A stretch of 16,439 nt of DNA, from positions 1 through 16,439 of the forward strand of contig JBDRFG010000031.1 in assembly GCA_043819135.1 (NCBI GenBank), given 5' to 3'. Below the pieces are notes generated by a model. That model was given only the letters and a program-made list of their open reading frames with translations. It did not search any database and was not told the origin of the DNA. Shown one piece after another: positions 15,527 through 16,439 of the stretch (the first letter of the stretch is position 1; the number at the start of each line of letters is the position of its first letter). This DNA comes from Candidatus Eiseniibacteriota bacterium (GTDB taxonomy: Bacteria > Joyebacterota > Joyebacteria > Joyebacterales > Joyebacteraceae). The position numbers were made by a program, and so were the translations under genes.

Positions 15527-15680
15527 CTGACCCGGCGTCTTGCGGGTCCCAGGGCGCTGCAGGCTGCCGGGGGCGGCCCACGGTCATCGTGGTTTACCGC
15601 GGACCATGGCATCCCCGGCGGCTTGTTGGTGTGGTTTTCGGAAGTCGACTCAGTCAGCAACCAGAATGGAGTGCGACGGA

Positions 15681-16439
15681 ATGGCAGACAAGAGAGCAGA
15701 TCTGGCTGGACCGGGCATCAGCACGTACGAAGAGGTAGCGAAGATACTCCCGACGGACTACAAACCCATCCTGTCACCGATGGACCGGATGAAGGCGCTC
15801 TACGAGATCAAGCGGTACATCGAGGACGGCATGGCAAAGGAGCTCAACCTGCAGCTCGTTCAGGTCCCGCTCATCGTCGACAAGAACAGCGGCGTCAACG
15901 ACTACCTGGACCGCGACGGTTCGCGGACGCCCGTCGAGTTCCCCGCCGGGCTCGGTCTCGACAAGCCAATCCAGACGCAGGTCGTACAGGCGGCGACGAA
16001 GTGGAAGCGCATGGCGCTGGCGCAGTTCGGCTGCGCTCCGGGCGAGGGCATCAACACCGACATGCGCGCGGTGCGGAAGGACTACTTCCTCGACCACGAC
16101 CACAGCTCGTACGTCGACCAGTGGGACTGGGAGAAGACCATCACGGCCGAGGACAGAAATCTCGATTACCTGAAGGACGCGGTCAGGAAGATCTGGAAGG
16201 TCATCCACGGCGCCGGCCGGCGCGCCCAGGAGATGTACCCGCAGCTCAAGGACCCGCGCTACCCGGACATCCCCGAGGAGCTCGAGTTCTTCCACGCGGA
16301 GGAGATCCTGGCGATGTACCCGGACCTCCCTCGGAAGCAGCGCGAGACGGCGATCATCAAGGAGCATCCAGCCATATTTATCATCGGCATCGGCTGGGTC
16401 CTCGAGGACGGCTACCCGCACGAGATGCGCGCGGCCGAC
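15681..16439 (+). CDS. asnA: Aspartate--ammonia ligase (asparagine synthetase A), 3' end outside window
   Basis: Not in the ORF track because it has no stop in the window. Manual translation from ATG 15681 (GGAG SD): SGVNDYLD, QVVQAATKWKRMAL, GEGINTDMRAVRKD, HSSYVDQWDWEK, IFIIGIG..LEDGYPHEMRAAD, all AsnA signatures. Confidence 0.95.
   Translation, partial: MADKRADLAGPGISTYEEVAKILPTDYKPILSPMDRMKALYEIKRYIEDGMAKELNLQLVQVPLIVDKNSGVNDYLDRDGSRTPVEFPAGLGLDKPIQTQVVQAATKWKRMALAQFGCAPGEGINTDMRAVRKDYFLDHDHSSYVDQWDWEKTITAEDRNLDYLKDAVRKIWKVIHGAGRRAQEMYPQLKDPRYPDIPEELEFFHAEEILAMYPDLPRKQRETAIIKEHPAIFIIGIGWVLEDGYPHEMRAAD

Noticed and set aside
15588..15602. T-box element upstream of asnA (GTGGTTTACCGCG)
   Set aside because: It has extra bases relative to GGTGGNACCGCG, there is no room for stem I in a ~155-nt spacer, and no terminator follows.
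15524..15624. Selenocysteine readthrough of the aminotransferase TGA using the downstream hairpin as SECIS
   Set aside because: The protein is already full length, and the readthrough frame is out of frame with asnA and not protein-like.
15774..16421. 215-aa minus-strand ORF and other long antisense/alternate-frame ORFs (e.g. 350-1213, 4181-5050, 13859-14638)
   Set aside because: They are shadow ORFs of well-supported genes in GC-rich DNA with no recognisable motifs. This one is antisense to asnA.

Overview
GC-rich bacterial DNA from a diderm organism (it encodes a secretin). Bases 1-8166 (+) hold a type IVa pilus operon: pilT (partial), pilC, two tandem major pilins, pilM-N-O-P-like, a short pilQ secretin and pilD. 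A convergent minus-strand minor-pilin operon (8323-12218) lies behind a candidate sigma54 promoter and encodes two ~84% identical large PilX/GspK-like proteins, a PilW/GspJ-like pilin and a PilV/GspI-like pilin. Next come two tandem 189-aa XRE-HTH/cupin regulators (-), a divergent class I PLP aminotransferase, and asnA running off the right end (missed by the ORF track). The most notable hidden feature is an internally deleted, frameshifted third pilin between the two major pilins. The locus shows repeated tandem duplication of the surface-exposed pilus subunits (fibre and tip), while the assembly machinery is single-copy. All identities are hand counts and no database search was run.
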